Below are positions 39,220-48,649 of a DNA stretch of 64,000 nt, in pieces. Positions within the stretch are counted from its first letter, which is position 1; every line of letters starts with the position of its first letter. Source of the DNA: Clostridiales bacterium (GTDB lineage: Bacteria; Bacillota; Clostridia; Caldicoprobacterales; UBA3941); NCBI GenBank assembly GCA_012518535.1, contig JAAYRX010000220.1:23510-87509 (forward strand), written 5' to 3'. The notes below the pieces were generated by a model. It worked only from the letters and a program-made list of their open reading frames with translations, was not told where the DNA came from and did not search any database. A program made the position numbers and the translations under genes.

Positions 39220-40959
39220 ATGGATATGATTAAGGTAAAAATAGATGGCATAGAAGTGGAAGTACCTGCCGGGACTACAGCCTTGGAAGCCGCCAGGAAA
39301 GCAGATATTGATATACCCACTTTATGTTATCTTAAGGATATAAATGAAATCGGTGCGTGTCGTATGTGTTTGGTAGAGGTAGAAGGTGCTAGAAGCCTTC
39401 AGGCGTCTTGTGTTTTCCCGGTCACAGACGGAATGAACATCAAGACAAATACTCCCAAGGTCAGGGCTGCCAGGAAACTCAGTCTTGAGCTTATACTATC
39501 AAATCACGACAGGAAATGCCTGACCTGTGTAAGAAGCCAGGATTGTGAATTGCAGGATTTGTCGAAAAGACTAGGAGTTGATGATATCCGCTTCGATGGA
39601 GAAAGGCATGACAAGCCGGTGGATTCTTTCTCACCCTCCATCGTCAGAGACCCAAACAAATGCATTTTATGTAGGCGTTGTGTGTCCGTATGTAGAAATG
39701 TACAGGGAATTGGCGTGATTGGTGCAACTGAGAGAGGTTTTGACACCATGGTTGAACCGGTTTTCAACATGAGTATAAATGATGTCCCCTGTATAAACTG
39801 TGGACAGTGTATCATAGCCTGTCCGGTAGGTGCCCTAAGGGAAAAAGATGAGATTGAAAAGGTATGGGATGCTCTGAATAATCCCAATCTCCATGTAGTT
39901 GTACAAACTGCACCTGCTGTCCGTGTTGCTCTGGGAGAAGAGTTTGGCATGGAAATGGGTACCAGGGTAACTGGTAAGATGGTTGCAGCCCTTAGACGTC
40001 TGGGATTTGATCGAGTATTTGATACGGATTTTGCCGCGGATCTTACCATAATGGAAGAGGGTCACGAGCTGTTGGATAGGCTCCAGGGAGGAGGCAAACT
40101 ACCCATGATCACCTCCTGTAGCCCCGGTTGGATAAAGTACTGCGAGCACTATTATCCTGAATTCCTGGACAATTTGTCCACATGCAAATCTCCTCATGAG
40201 ATGATGGGAGCTGTTATTAAGTCCTATTATGCAGAGAAGAATGGTTGGGATCCGGCTGATGTTTTTGTGGTATCCATAATGCCTTGTACCGCAAAGAAAT
40301 TTGAGGCACAACGTCCAGAACTAAGCGCTGTAGGCCATCCCGATGTTGATGTGGTGCTTACCACCAGAGAACTTGCAAGGATGATCAAGGAAGCGGGTAT
40401 GGATCTAACGAAGCTACCGGATGAAGGGTTTGATCCCGCCCTAGGAGATTCTACAGGAGCAGGCGTCATTTTCGGTGCAACCGGTGGTGTTATGGAGGCT
40501 GCCCTTCGTACCGTACATGAGGTTGTTACTGGTGAACCCATAGATAACGTAGAAGTTCACGCAGTCCGTGGAATTGAAGGAGTAAAGGAAGCTGAAGTTC
40601 AGCTGGGTGACCTAACCATAAGAGCAGCTATAGCACACGGAACTGCTAATGCCAAAGCCTTATTGGAGCAGATAAAATCAGGTGAAAAGGAATACCATTT
40701 CATTGAAATAATGGGTTGTCCGGGTGGATGTGTAACAGGTGGGGGTCAGCCCATAGTGAAGGCAAAGACCTATATGGAATTGGACCCCAGGGTAGTGAGG
40801 GCTAAAGCGATTTATGAAGAGGACAGGGATCTGCCTATTAGAAAATCCCATGAGAACCCATCGGTTAAAAAATTGTACGATGAGTATTTGGGCGAACCCA
40901 ACAGTAAGAAGGCACACGATCTACTTCATACTCATTATACCAAGAGAAGTGTATACTAA
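39220..40959 (+). CDS. hydA: [FeFe]-hydrogenase catalytic subunit (multimeric, bifurcating-type architecture)
   Basis: N-terminal 2Fe-2S, a His-ligated cluster region and two ferredoxin motifs. H-cluster motifs TSCSPGW, MPCTAKKFE and EIMGCPGGCVTGGGQP. Confidence 0.9.
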   Translation: MDMIKVKIDGIEVEVPAGTTALEAARKADIDIPTLCYLKDINEIGACRMCLVEVEGARSLQASCVFPVTDGMNIKTNTPKVRAARKLSLELILSNHDRKCLTCVRSQDCELQDLSKRLGVDDIRFDGERHDKPVDSFSPSIVRDPNKCILCRRCVSVCRNVQGIGVIGATERGFDTMVEPVFNMSINDVPCINCGQCIIACPVGALREKDEIEKVWDALNNPNLHVVVQTAPAVRVALGEEFGMEMGTRVTGKMVAALRRLGFDRVFDTDFAADLTIMEEGHELLDRLQGGGKLPMITSCSPGWIKYCEHYYPEFLDNLSTCKSPHEMMGAVIKSYYAEKNGWDPADVFVVSIMPCTAKKFEAQRPELSAVGHPDVDVVLTTRELARMIKEAGMDLTKLPDEGFDPALGDSTGAGVIFGATGGVMEAALRTVHEVVTGEPIDNVEVHAVRGIEGVKEAEVQLGDLTIRAAIAHGTANAKALLEQIKSGEKEYHFIEIMGCPGGCVTGGGQPIVKAKTYMELDPRVVRAKAIYEEDRDLPIRKSHENPSVKKLYDEYLGEPNSKKAHDLLHTHYTKRSVY

Positions 40960-40983
40960 GGGATTTTGTACCCTTAAAGAATT

Positions 40984-41019
40984 CGGCATAGTCGTGAATA
41001 GCGGCTATGCCGTTTTTTC
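40984..41019 (+). terminator. rho-independent terminator of the hydrogenase operon
   Basis: CGGCATAG / CTATGCCG stem followed by TTTTTT. Confidence 0.8.
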
Positions 41020-41215
41020 GTCCATTTTCTGAAAATCTATTGCTCCGATGCAATTATAAATGATTTGAATCCGCTGGGTTCGAAGACCCTCTACCTTTTC
41101 AGCCTTATCAACGATTATCTTCTCGATGAAGTCACGAATTAATTTCAGCACTTAACTCTGTATTTTCCGTGTACTTGCGTACAATTTTGAGAAAACGAAA
41201 GCAGCAAAACGGCTG
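41005..41215 (-). pseudogene. C-terminal fragment of a large serine recombinase (DUF4368-like tail), truncated and frameshifted
   Basis: The minus strand reads RFLKIVRKYTENTELSAE, then after a 1-nt frame change LIRDFIEKIIVDKAEKVEGLRTQRIQIIYNCIGAIDF. No upstream catalytic domain is present. Confidence 0.55.
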
Positions 41216-41299
41216 TTTCTGTGCTCTTATCTTTTTTTCATCGCCGTATCTGTAGTTTTTTTCTTCCCACCGTCTGTATTCTGGACGGCTGGGATCATC

Positions 41300-42184
41300 G
41301 TGGGTTCGTTTCTGGCTGGAGGCTGCGTAGCAGCCTGGGCATTTTATTTGAAAAGCGACACGCCGAAAAACGAGCGGATCAAAACGGTCGCGGATATGCT
41401 GATCTTATCCAATATCCTCATGATACTCTGCAATATGGCGGCCATTCATTTATCACCACAAGCAGTACTGGCATTGGCCATGCTTATGCTGCTGGGTGCT
41501 TTCGTGTTAGCCCTGAAGCTTCCGGAAGAGGATAACACTGTTTCCTCAACCCCCTCCGAAAAGAGTGAGAATACCGTAGGCATTGCGAGACTTCTGGTTT
41601 TTTTGTGCCTATTTATTGTCATTATCACCATTAACTCCGGACTCATGTATCAGGTGGTGAATCCCGCATTTATGCATCTTGAAGGATTAGCAGGCTGGTA
41701 TTGGGCTGTTCCTTATATCGTCGCGCTTTTTGTTATGAGAAACCTGCCCCGTCGAATAAACCACGCTTATATTCTCTATGTCGCCACCGCACTGCTGCTT
41801 TTCACCTGGCTCTTTATTATAACGGTCTATCGTGGAAAATATGACGCCGAGTTTGTACTGGACGGTAAAGGTGTCGTCTGCCGGACGCAGGCAAAACAGG
41901 CGAAAAAGAACAAGGTTATCAACGCCCTGACGGTAGTGCTGGGTGGGTTATCCGGCAATCAGGCTGCTGCCGGCGCTGGGATGCTGGCGCAGTCGCGGCA
42001 GGAAGTTACTCTCCGATGGAACCGTGTTGAAAGGGTTAAGTATAGACCTAAAAGCCGCACCATCCTTTTGCGGGGCGGCTGGACGGAGCAGATTGCGCTG
42101 TTCTGCACTGAAAATAATTATGAACAGGTCGAAGCTTTTGTGGGCCGGAATATACCGTTCCCTGAGAATGGAAGAGACAGATGA
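41300..42184 (+). CDS. hypothetical multi-pass membrane protein, probably 5-prime truncated or chimeric
   Basis: Frame is open from 41156 with no ATG; GTG 41300 is the first candidate start. The N-terminal two-thirds has hydrophobic helices and the C-terminal third is soluble-looking. GC-rich codons. Confidence 0.35.
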   Translation: MGSFLAGGCVAAWAFYLKSDTPKNERIKTVADMLILSNILMILCNMAAIHLSPQAVLALAMLMLLGAFVLALKLPEEDNTVSSTPSEKSENTVGIARLLVFLCLFIVIITINSGLMYQVVNPAFMHLEGLAGWYWAVPYIVALFVMRNLPRRINHAYILYVATALLLFTWLFIITVYRGKYDAEFVLDGKGVVCRTQAKQAKKNKVINALTVVLGGLSGNQAAAGAGMLAQSRQEVTLRWNRVERVKYRPKSRTILLRGGWTEQIALFCTENNYEQVEAFVGRNIPFPENGRDR

Positions 42185-42602
42185 AAAGAAAGCTCTTGCC
42201 ACGGGTTTTAATTTCACTACTGGGCGTCGCTCTGATTGTGTGGGCTGCCGGAAGCCTTGTACTCGGTCTTTTCGGTGAGCCTGCCACTGCTGTCGTGACC
42301 CATATCCGGCGCGAAGGCGGTGATCGTGCTGAGACAGTGCAATTAGGTATCCTTACAACATCAGTTACGCTTTCAGCCTGCCCGACGGGACGAAAATAGA
42401 CGGATTCACAAAGAAAATAGGTGGGGCGGTTTATATGAAAGCGGACGGAAGCGATAAAATCGCCGTGCAATATTTTAAGGCCATACCCCAAATAAACGCG
42501 CCGGCTGAAGACACGTCCTTTTCATTAAAACAGCCTGCTTTGATGGTGACAGGAGTTTTCTTAATTGTTCTGATAAACCGAAAGCAGAAAGATTCGAAAT
42601 GA
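42181..42602 (+). pseudogene. DUF3592-like membrane protein gene with a frameshift
   Basis: Frame 1 gives MKRKLLPRVLISLLGVALIVW..THIRREGGDRAET and stops at 42399. The adjacent frame continues RYPYNISYAFSLPDGTKIDGF..ALMVTGVFLIVLI to TGA 42600-42602. Confidence 0.5.
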
Positions 42603-42740
42603 AAGCTATGGCGGTAACTTTATAAGTACACTCAAACATCTTTGTGTGAAAATTTCCGGCGTTCCTGAATAAATCTTTGTACTCAACCTATTATTTATTT
42701 GGGATTATACATTTCGACAATCGTAAGTCAAAATATAAAA

Positions 42741-42790
42741 AGAAGACCAGCCGTGCCAGGCAATACGCTTGAATACGGCTGGTTCTTTTG
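42741..42790. terminator. GC-rich hairpin with T-runs on both strands
   Basis: ACCAGCCGT / ACGGCTGGT 9-bp core stem (42746-42754 / 42775-42783), followed by TCTTTT. A-rich on the 5-prime side. Confidence 0.6.
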
Positions 42791-42902
42791 CGCTTTATGC
42801 TGCCATACAAGTTTTTCATATATCCCTGTGTGACCGCCCGTAAAGGGATTCTTTTTCCCTTAGATAAGAAAAGAAGTAAGGGATCGGCTTTTGCATATTT
42901 GG

Positions 42903-42931
42903 TTGACTTTAACAAGCGATAAAATTATAAT
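42903..42931 (+). promoter_or_regulatory. near-consensus sigma-70 promoter of parE/parC
   Basis: TTGACT, 17-nt spacer, TATAAT. 52 nt upstream of ATG 42983. Confidence 0.6.
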
Positions 42932-42982
42932 GAAAATGGAGACGAATAGGAACATACGTTCATAAAGCTTGGAGGTTTACTG

Positions 42983-44947
42983 ATGGAAAAAGCTTATGGT
43001 GCCAATGATATAGAGGTATTAAAGGGTTTGGATGCGGTTAGGATGCGTCCTGGAATGTATATAGGAACAACCGGACCCAGGGGACTTCACCACCTTCTAT
43101 GGGAGATAGTAGACAATGGTATAGACGAAGCTGCCAACGGCTATGCGACCAGGATAGAGGTAACTCTATTGGAAGATGGCAGTATAATGGTAGAGGATAA
43201 CGGCCGGGGGATACCAGTGGATATTAATGAAGCCCTTAAACTCCCTGGAGTTGAAGTTGTCTTTACTCAACTTCATGCGGGAGGAAAGTTTAACAATGAA
43301 AATTATAGTTATTCCGGAGGACTTCATGGGGTAGGAGCCGCCGTGGTAAATGCGCTGTCCAGGTGGCTGGAGGTGGAGATAAGAAGAGATGGTAAGATAT
43401 ACAGACAACGTTATGAGAGCCTGTATGACAAAAAAACTGATAAGATATTGGCTGGGGTTCCAACAACACCTCTAAATGAGGTGGGGAATACCAATGAAAC
43501 TGGGACTTTGATAAGATTTTTGCCGGATGACAGGATTTTTGATGGTATCAGATTCAACGCCGAGACCATAGCTAAACGTCTCCGTGAACTAGCCTTTCTA
43601 AACAGGGGACTGGAAATAGTTTTAGTTGATCAAAGAACAGATGAAGATGGCAATGTTATTCCAAAGAGAGTTTTTTTATATGATGGCGGATTAACGGACT
43701 TTGTCGAATACATAAACGAGAATAAAACTGCCATACATCCAGAAGTAATATTCTTGGAAGGGGAAAAGGACGGCATCTATACACAGATTGCCATACAATA
43801 TACGGACTCTTATACGGAGAGCATCTTTTCCTATGTAAATAATATACCCACCAGCGAGGGAGGTACCCATGAGACAGGGTTTAAAACGGCCATAACTAAG
43901 GTTTTAAACGATTATGCCCGAAAATTTGGCTACTTGAAGGAAAGGGATAATAATCTGAATGGTGAGGATTTTCGCGAGGGAATGACCGCTTTAATCTCTG
44001 TAAAAATGCGTAATATACAATTTGAAGGACAGACCAAAACCAAGCTTGGAAACTCTGAAGCTCGTACTGCGTTGGAGGCCATTACCACGGAGCAGTTGAT
44101 ACACTTTATTGAAAATACCACCCACGAACACATCATCAGGCTAATCATAGAAAAGGCCATCAAGGCCGCCAAGGTTAGGGAGGCTGCCCGAAAGGCGCGG
44201 GAGATCACGCGGAAGAAAAACAGCTTGGAAGGGGCTCCACTGGTAGGTAAATTAGCCAGTTGTACGGACAAGGATGCTTCCACAAACGAACTGTTCATAG
44301 TAGAAGGTGATTCTGCCGGAGGATCTGCAAAACAGGGTAGGGATAGGCGGTTTCAGGCCATTTTACCTTTACGGGGTAAGCCCTTGAATGTGGAGAGAAA
44401 ACGTTTGGATCAAGTATTGGCAAATGAAGAGTTCCGTACTATTATTTCTGCCTTGGGTACGGGGATCGATGAGGACTTTAATATTAAAAATCTAAAGTAC
44501 CACAAGATTATTATCCTTTCAGATGCAGATCAGGATGGTGCGCATATCCGTGCCATACTTCTTACTTTCTTTTTCAGATACATGAAAGAATTGATAAATG
44601 AGGGTCATGTATATATCGGGCTTTCGCCCCTTTACAAGATAACCAAGGGAAAGACCGTGGAGTATGCCTATAGCGATATGGAACTAAAGGAAAAGATTAA
44701 AAAGGTGGGCAAAGGATATACAGTTCAAAGATATAAGGGTCTGGGAGAGATGAATCCGGATCAGCTGTGGGAAACTACTATGAACCCCCGGAACCGATCC
44801 ATTATACAGGTTAGTATAGATGACGCAGCCCAGGCGGACAAGCTGGTTACCATTCTCATGGGGGACAAGGTAGATCCAAGGCGACAGTACATCAGTACTT
44901 ATGCTAACTTCAACAAAACAGATATTTTTCAGGAGATGGGGGTATAA
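42983..44947 (+). CDS. parE: type IIA topoisomerase ATPase subunit (ParE-type; GyrB not excluded)
   Basis: GHKL and Toprim motifs (LHHLLWEIVDNGIDEA, EGDSAGG, PLRGK, SDADQDGAHI). 654 aa. Not next to dnaA/dnaN/recF. Confidence 0.8.
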   Translation: MEKAYGANDIEVLKGLDAVRMRPGMYIGTTGPRGLHHLLWEIVDNGIDEAANGYATRIEVTLLEDGSIMVEDNGRGIPVDINEALKLPGVEVVFTQLHAGGKFNNENYSYSGGLHGVGAAVVNALSRWLEVEIRRDGKIYRQRYESLYDKKTDKILAGVPTTPLNEVGNTNETGTLIRFLPDDRIFDGIRFNAETIAKRLRELAFLNRGLEIVLVDQRTDEDGNVIPKRVFLYDGGLTDFVEYINENKTAIHPEVIFLEGEKDGIYTQIAIQYTDSYTESIFSYVNNIPTSEGGTHETGFKTAITKVLNDYARKFGYLKERDNNLNGEDFREGMTALISVKMRNIQFEGQTKTKLGNSEARTALEAITTEQLIHFIENTTHEHIIRLIIEKAIKAAKVREAARKAREITRKKNSLEGAPLVGKLASCTDKDASTNELFIVEGDSAGGSAKQGRDRRFQAILPLRGKPLNVERKRLDQVLANEEFRTIISALGTGIDEDFNIKNLKYHKIIILSDADQDGAHIRAILLTFFFRYMKELINEGHVYIGLSPLYKITKGKTVEYAYSDMELKEKIKKVGKGYTVQRYKGLGEMNPDQLWETTMNPRNRSIIQVSIDDAAQADKLVTILMGDKVDPRRQYISTYANFNKTDIFQEMGV

Positions 44948-44950
44948 ACT

Positions 44951-47419
44951 GTGGCTAAGAGCAAAAAAAACAAGGATGAATATGTGCAAAACAAGGATCT
45001 GGTAATACAGAAGCCTCTGGAAGAGGTTATGCATGAATCCATAATGCCTTACGCTGAATATATTATCTTGGAAAGGGCACTCCCAAGGGTTGAAGACGGG
45101 CTAAAACCTGTACAGAGAAGGATCTTGTATACCATGCACGAATTGGGAGTAACGCCGGAGAAGCCCCATAGAAAATCTGCCAGGATCGTAGGAGATGCCC
45201 TTGGAAAGTACCATCCCCACGGTGATACCTCGGTGTATGATGCCATGGTAAGAATGGCTCAGGATTTTGTTATGAGGGCTCCCCTAATCGATGGACATGG
45301 CAACTTTGGTTCTATGGACGGGGATTCGGCGGCTGCCATGCGTTATACCGAAGTAAGGATGACCCCCTTGGCCACTGAACTGTTGAAGGATATAGGTAAG
45401 GATACAATAGATTTTAGTTTGAATTTTGATGATACCTTAAAAGAACCCGATGTTTTGCCTGGGCGATTTCCTAATCTGCTGGTCAATGGAGCATCCGGTA
45501 TAGCCATAGGCCTTGCTACAAACATTCCTCCCCATAACCTGGCCGAGGTTATTGATGGTGCTATTTTCCAAATGGAAAATCCTGATGTTACCCTGAATGA
45601 ACTAATGCGTATTATTAAGGGACCGGATTTTCCTACAGGCGGGATTATAATAGGACAGGAAGAGATTATTAAGGCATATGAGACAGGTAGGGGGAAGATA
45701 ATAGTAAGGGCGAAGGTGGATATCGAGAATGCTGCTGGCGGGAAGAAGCTACTGGTAATAAAGGAACTCCCATATCAAGTAAATAAGGCTACCTTACTGG
45801 AGAGAATCCTTAAGCTCAGTGAAGAAAGAAAAGGGGTCCTTACCGGAATTGCAGATATCAGGGATGAATCAGACCGCAATGGGGTTCGAGCTGTCATTGA
45901 AGTAAGGAAAGATGGAGACGCCGAAAAAATACTAAACTACTTATACAAGTATACAGATCTGCAGGTTACCTTTGGTGCCAATATGGTTGCAATAGCCGAT
46001 GGCAGGCCTCAACAGCTAGGGCTAAAGGAGATTCTTGATCATTATATACAACACCAAAAAGATGTGGTTACCAGAAGAACCAGATATGACCTGGACAAGG
46101 CCAAGGCCAGGGAACATATTCTTGAAGGTCTAATTGTAGCTGTTCATAATATTGATAGAGTAATTGCTATTATAAGGGGCTCGAAAACTCCTGTCGCTGC
46201 AAGAAAAAACCTAATGGCAGAGTTTGAGTTAACGGAGATTCAAGCCCAGGCCATTCTTGATATGCGCCTACAGAGACTGACAAACCTCGAGATAATTTCA
46301 TTGGAAAGTGAGTATAAGGAAATTAAGAGGACCATTAAAAGGCTTGAGTCGATATTGGCATCAGAGAAGCTACTTATTGGATTAATAAAGAAGGAACTGA
46401 ATCAAATCAAGGAAAAATACTCAAGCTCAAGAAGAACCAGCATAGTTAAGGACGATGCAGAAGCGGAGATAAGAACCGAAGATTTGATCCATGTGGAAGA
46501 ATGCATAGTTACCTTAACAAGAAACCAGGACATAAAAAGGGTGCCGCAGAAATCTTTCAACCTATCCAGTAAGGATGTAGGGGTGGTAGAGACCCGTGAG
46601 ATGGATTTTATTGAGTTTTTAATCGATTCCAAGACGGACCACAAAATACTACTACTGACGGATCAAGGCAATTGCTATAGCTTGGACGCTTTGGAGATAC
46701 CGGAAGCAAAGTGGCGGGATAAAGGGGTGCAATTGGTAAATCTTATCAAAGGTTTTGATAGAAATGAAAGAATTGTAGCAATTTTTTCAGTAAAGGAATT
46801 TGCGGAAGATCTTTTTATTCAGTTCTATACGAGTAAAGGTCAAGTAAAGAAGACTAGTTTGGCTGAGTACAGTACCCGCAGGAGCAAGATTCAGGCCTGT
46901 GGTCTGAACCATGGAGATTCTTGTATTGGAGCTGAGTTAATATCCCAGAATAAGGCAACTATGATAGTTACGGCAGAAGGAATGAGTATAAGATTCAACG
47001 GTAGCGAAATAAATCCCATGGGGCGAACGGCAAAAGGAGTGAGAGCTATCCAGCTCAAGGGCGATGATAGGGTAATATTTGGCAGTCAGATAGAGGAGGA
47101 CGGTAATTTAATTGTTGTAACGGATAGGGGTATTGGGAAACGGACTTCTATAGCGGACTATCAAATTCAGGGTAGGGGAGGTATCGGATTTAGAACCCTG
47201 ACCTTTTACAAAAATAGGGCTAACGGCAGGTATATTTTAGGAGCCTTTTATGCAAAAACACCTTACGAAATCATCCTCCAACAAGCCGACGGTACCATAA
47301 CCCGTCTTAATACCAACGACTTACCCCTTGGAGCAAGAGATGGTAGGGGCAGTACCATAATTGCAGTCTCTGATGATAATGCAGTAGAGTACGTCTACAG
47401 AAACTACAATGACCAATAG
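44951..47419 (+). CDS. parC: type IIA topoisomerase DNA-cleavage subunit (ParC-type)
   Basis: Catalytic Tyr in [10 protein letters not shown]. No QRRGGKG-type GyrA box where the C-terminal domain begins (reads [25 protein letters not shown]). Confidence 0.75.
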   Translation: MAKSKKNKDEYVQNKDLVIQKPLEEVMHESIMPYAEYIILERALPRVEDGLKPVQRRILYTMHELGVTPEKPHRKSARIVGDALGKYHPHGDTSVYDAMVRMAQDFVMRAPLIDGHGNFGSMDGDSAAAMRYTEVRMTPLATELLKDIGKDTIDFSLNFDDTLKEPDVLPGRFPNLLVNGASGIAIGLATNIPPHNLAEVIDGAIFQMENPDVTLNELMRIIKGPDFPTGGIIIGQEEIIKAYETGRGKIIVRAKVDIENAAGGKKLLVIKELPYQVNKATLLERILKLSEERKGVLTGIADIRDESDRNGVRAVIEVRKDGDAEKILNYLYKYTDLQVTFGANMVAIADGRPQQLGLKEILDHYIQHQKDVVTRRTRYDLDKAKAREHILEGLIVAVHNIDRVIAIIRGSKTPVAARKNLMAEFELTEIQAQAILDMRLQRLTNLEIISLESEYKEIKRTIKRLESILASEKLLIGLIKKELNQIKEKYSSSRRTSIVKDDAEAEIRTEDLIHVEECIVTLTRNQDIKRVPQKSFNLSSKDVGVVETREMDFIEFLIDSKTDHKILLLTDQGNCYSLDALEIPEAKWRDKGVQLVNLIKGFDRNERIVAIFSVKEFAEDLFIQFYTSKGQVKKTSLAEYSTRRSKIQACGLNHGDSCIGAELISQNKATMIVTAEGMSIRFNGSEINPMGRTAKGVRAIQLKGDDRVIFGSQIEEDGNLIVVTDRGIGKRTSIADYQIQGRGGIGFRTLTFYKNRANGRYILGAFYAKTPYEIILQQADGTITRLNTNDLPLGARDGRGSTIIAVSDDNAVEYVYRNYNDQ

Positions 47420-47492
47420 TCTTGTATTTACAAATTGGAACCGGATGCTGCGAAGATTCGTTTGATATCTTGGTCAGTTAATCTATAATACC

Positions 47493-47521
47493 AAAAATCC
47501 CTCGTTACGGGGGATTTTTTT
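47493..47521 (+). terminator. rho-independent terminator of parC
   Basis: AAAAATCCC / GGGATTTTT stem running into a T-run. Confidence 0.75.
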
Positions 47522-47657
47522 ATCCGGAGTTTTGCCGCAAATCATTTAACTACCTGGTAATAAACCATTTATGATTAGTCATAAGAACACCAACAAACAA
47601 ATAAGTATTAGGGAGGATTGATATTTGTCTGTAAGCAAGAATGGAGGTAATGCAAGG

Positions 47658-48431
47658 ATGCGTATTATATATATATCGAAGAAGAGAACAGCTAAGATAC
47701 TATTGATATTCTGCCTGGTCTTGGTTTCCGTCGCCTACTCAATAAACTTTAGGGACAAAGCTATAACCGTCTTCCTAAATATCAAAAGGGAATTGCCAAT
47801 TTATTGTGTAGAACGGGATGACAAAAAAATATCTATTTCCTTTGATGCAGCCTGGGGGACCGAGTATACCGATGAATTGCTTGAAATACTAGAGAAAAGG
47901 AATATTAAGTGTACATTTTTCCTCGTCGGATTTTGGATAGATGCTCATCCTGATAAGGTCCAACTTATAGCACAAAAGGGTCATGAAATTGGCAACCATT
48001 CAACTAACCATCCCCATATGAGCAACCTGGGTAAAGATCAAATTATTAAGGAAATAGAAACCACTCAAAAAAAGATTGATGAGTTGGCTGGTGACCGAGC
48101 CGTTAAGCTATTAAGACCTCCATATGGGGATTACAATAATTTGCTTATAAGTACTTGTCGGGAGATGGGATTCTACCCCATACAATGGGATGTGGACTCT
48201 CTGGATTGGAAGGAATTGGGTGCAGACCATATGTACAGACAGGTTACAACCAAGGTAAAACCGGGATCTATTGTTCTTTTTCACAATAATGCCAAGTATA
48301 CAGCTACCGCCTTACCATCCATACTGGACAAATTACTTGACGAGGGGTATGAATTTGTCCCAATATCCGAACTTATATATAAGGACAGCTATGACATAGA
48401 CCATACGGGAATGCAAAAGAAAAAGGACTAA
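47658..48431 (+). CDS. polysaccharide deacetylase (NodB family, PdaB-like)
   Basis: TM/signal helix. NodB motifs SFDAAWG, GNHSTNHPH and LLRPPYG. GGAGG lies 10 nt upstream of ATG 47658. Confidence 0.8.
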   Translation: MRIIYISKKRTAKILLIFCLVLVSVAYSINFRDKAITVFLNIKRELPIYCVERDDKKISISFDAAWGTEYTDELLEILEKRNIKCTFFLVGFWIDAHPDKVQLIAQKGHEIGNHSTNHPHMSNLGKDQIIKEIETTQKKIDELAGDRAVKLLRPPYGDYNNLLISTCREMGFYPIQWDVDSLDWKELGADHMYRQVTTKVKPGSIVLFHNNAKYTATALPSILDKLLDEGYEFVPISELIYKDSYDIDHTGMQKKKD

Positions 48432-48649
48432 AAAGTCATATTGAATTCCTCTTATGAATAGGAATTAGAGTAATGATGCATAAGGAGCTATCAATCATAT
48501 CAAGCGTATAGAGCAATTGGAATATTATGGACAATACTATAAACTAAATGGGTATTAAGGGCATGCAGAACAAATCAGATGCAGATGAAAATTATGCTGT
48601 CTCGTGTCCGGTATATATAGGTACAAGGGAGAAAGGATGGATAGAATTG

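Larger units (their letters stand above)
41005..42800. mobile_element. eroded remnant of an integrated element (no intact mobility gene)
   Basis: GC-richer stretch bounded by the hydA terminator and a GC-rich hairpin. Contains a serine-recombinase C-terminal fragment, a start-less membrane ORF and a frameshifted gene. Confidence 0.5.

Noticed and set aside
39504-40049. 181-aa minus-strand ORF (and neighbours) inside hydA; similar antisense ORFs lie inside the NuoF-like gene (38101-38942).
   Set aside because: They are antisense to genes with unambiguous Fe-S and H-cluster motifs. They are Ser/Pro/Arg-rich translations typical of antisense frames.
40108-40128. HydA motif L1 reads TSCSPGW instead of the textbook TSCCPxW (one of the two adjacent Cys is Ser).
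   Set aside because: I recall that published [FeFe]-hydrogenase signature patterns allow C or S at this position, and multimeric NuoEF-linked enzymes may commonly have it. Without an alignment I cannot call it unusual.
42048-42491. 147-aa minus-strand ORF within the GC-rich insert.
   Set aside because: It is an open frame favoured by the high GC content. The + strand carries recognisable, although damaged, membrane-protein sequence, and the minus frame has no motif.
42691-42915. 74-aa minus-strand ORF between the insert and parE.
   Set aside because: It runs through a strong hairpin terminator and the parE promoter, and its translation is featureless. It is at most the vestige of a gene start (MKNLYGSIKRK..).
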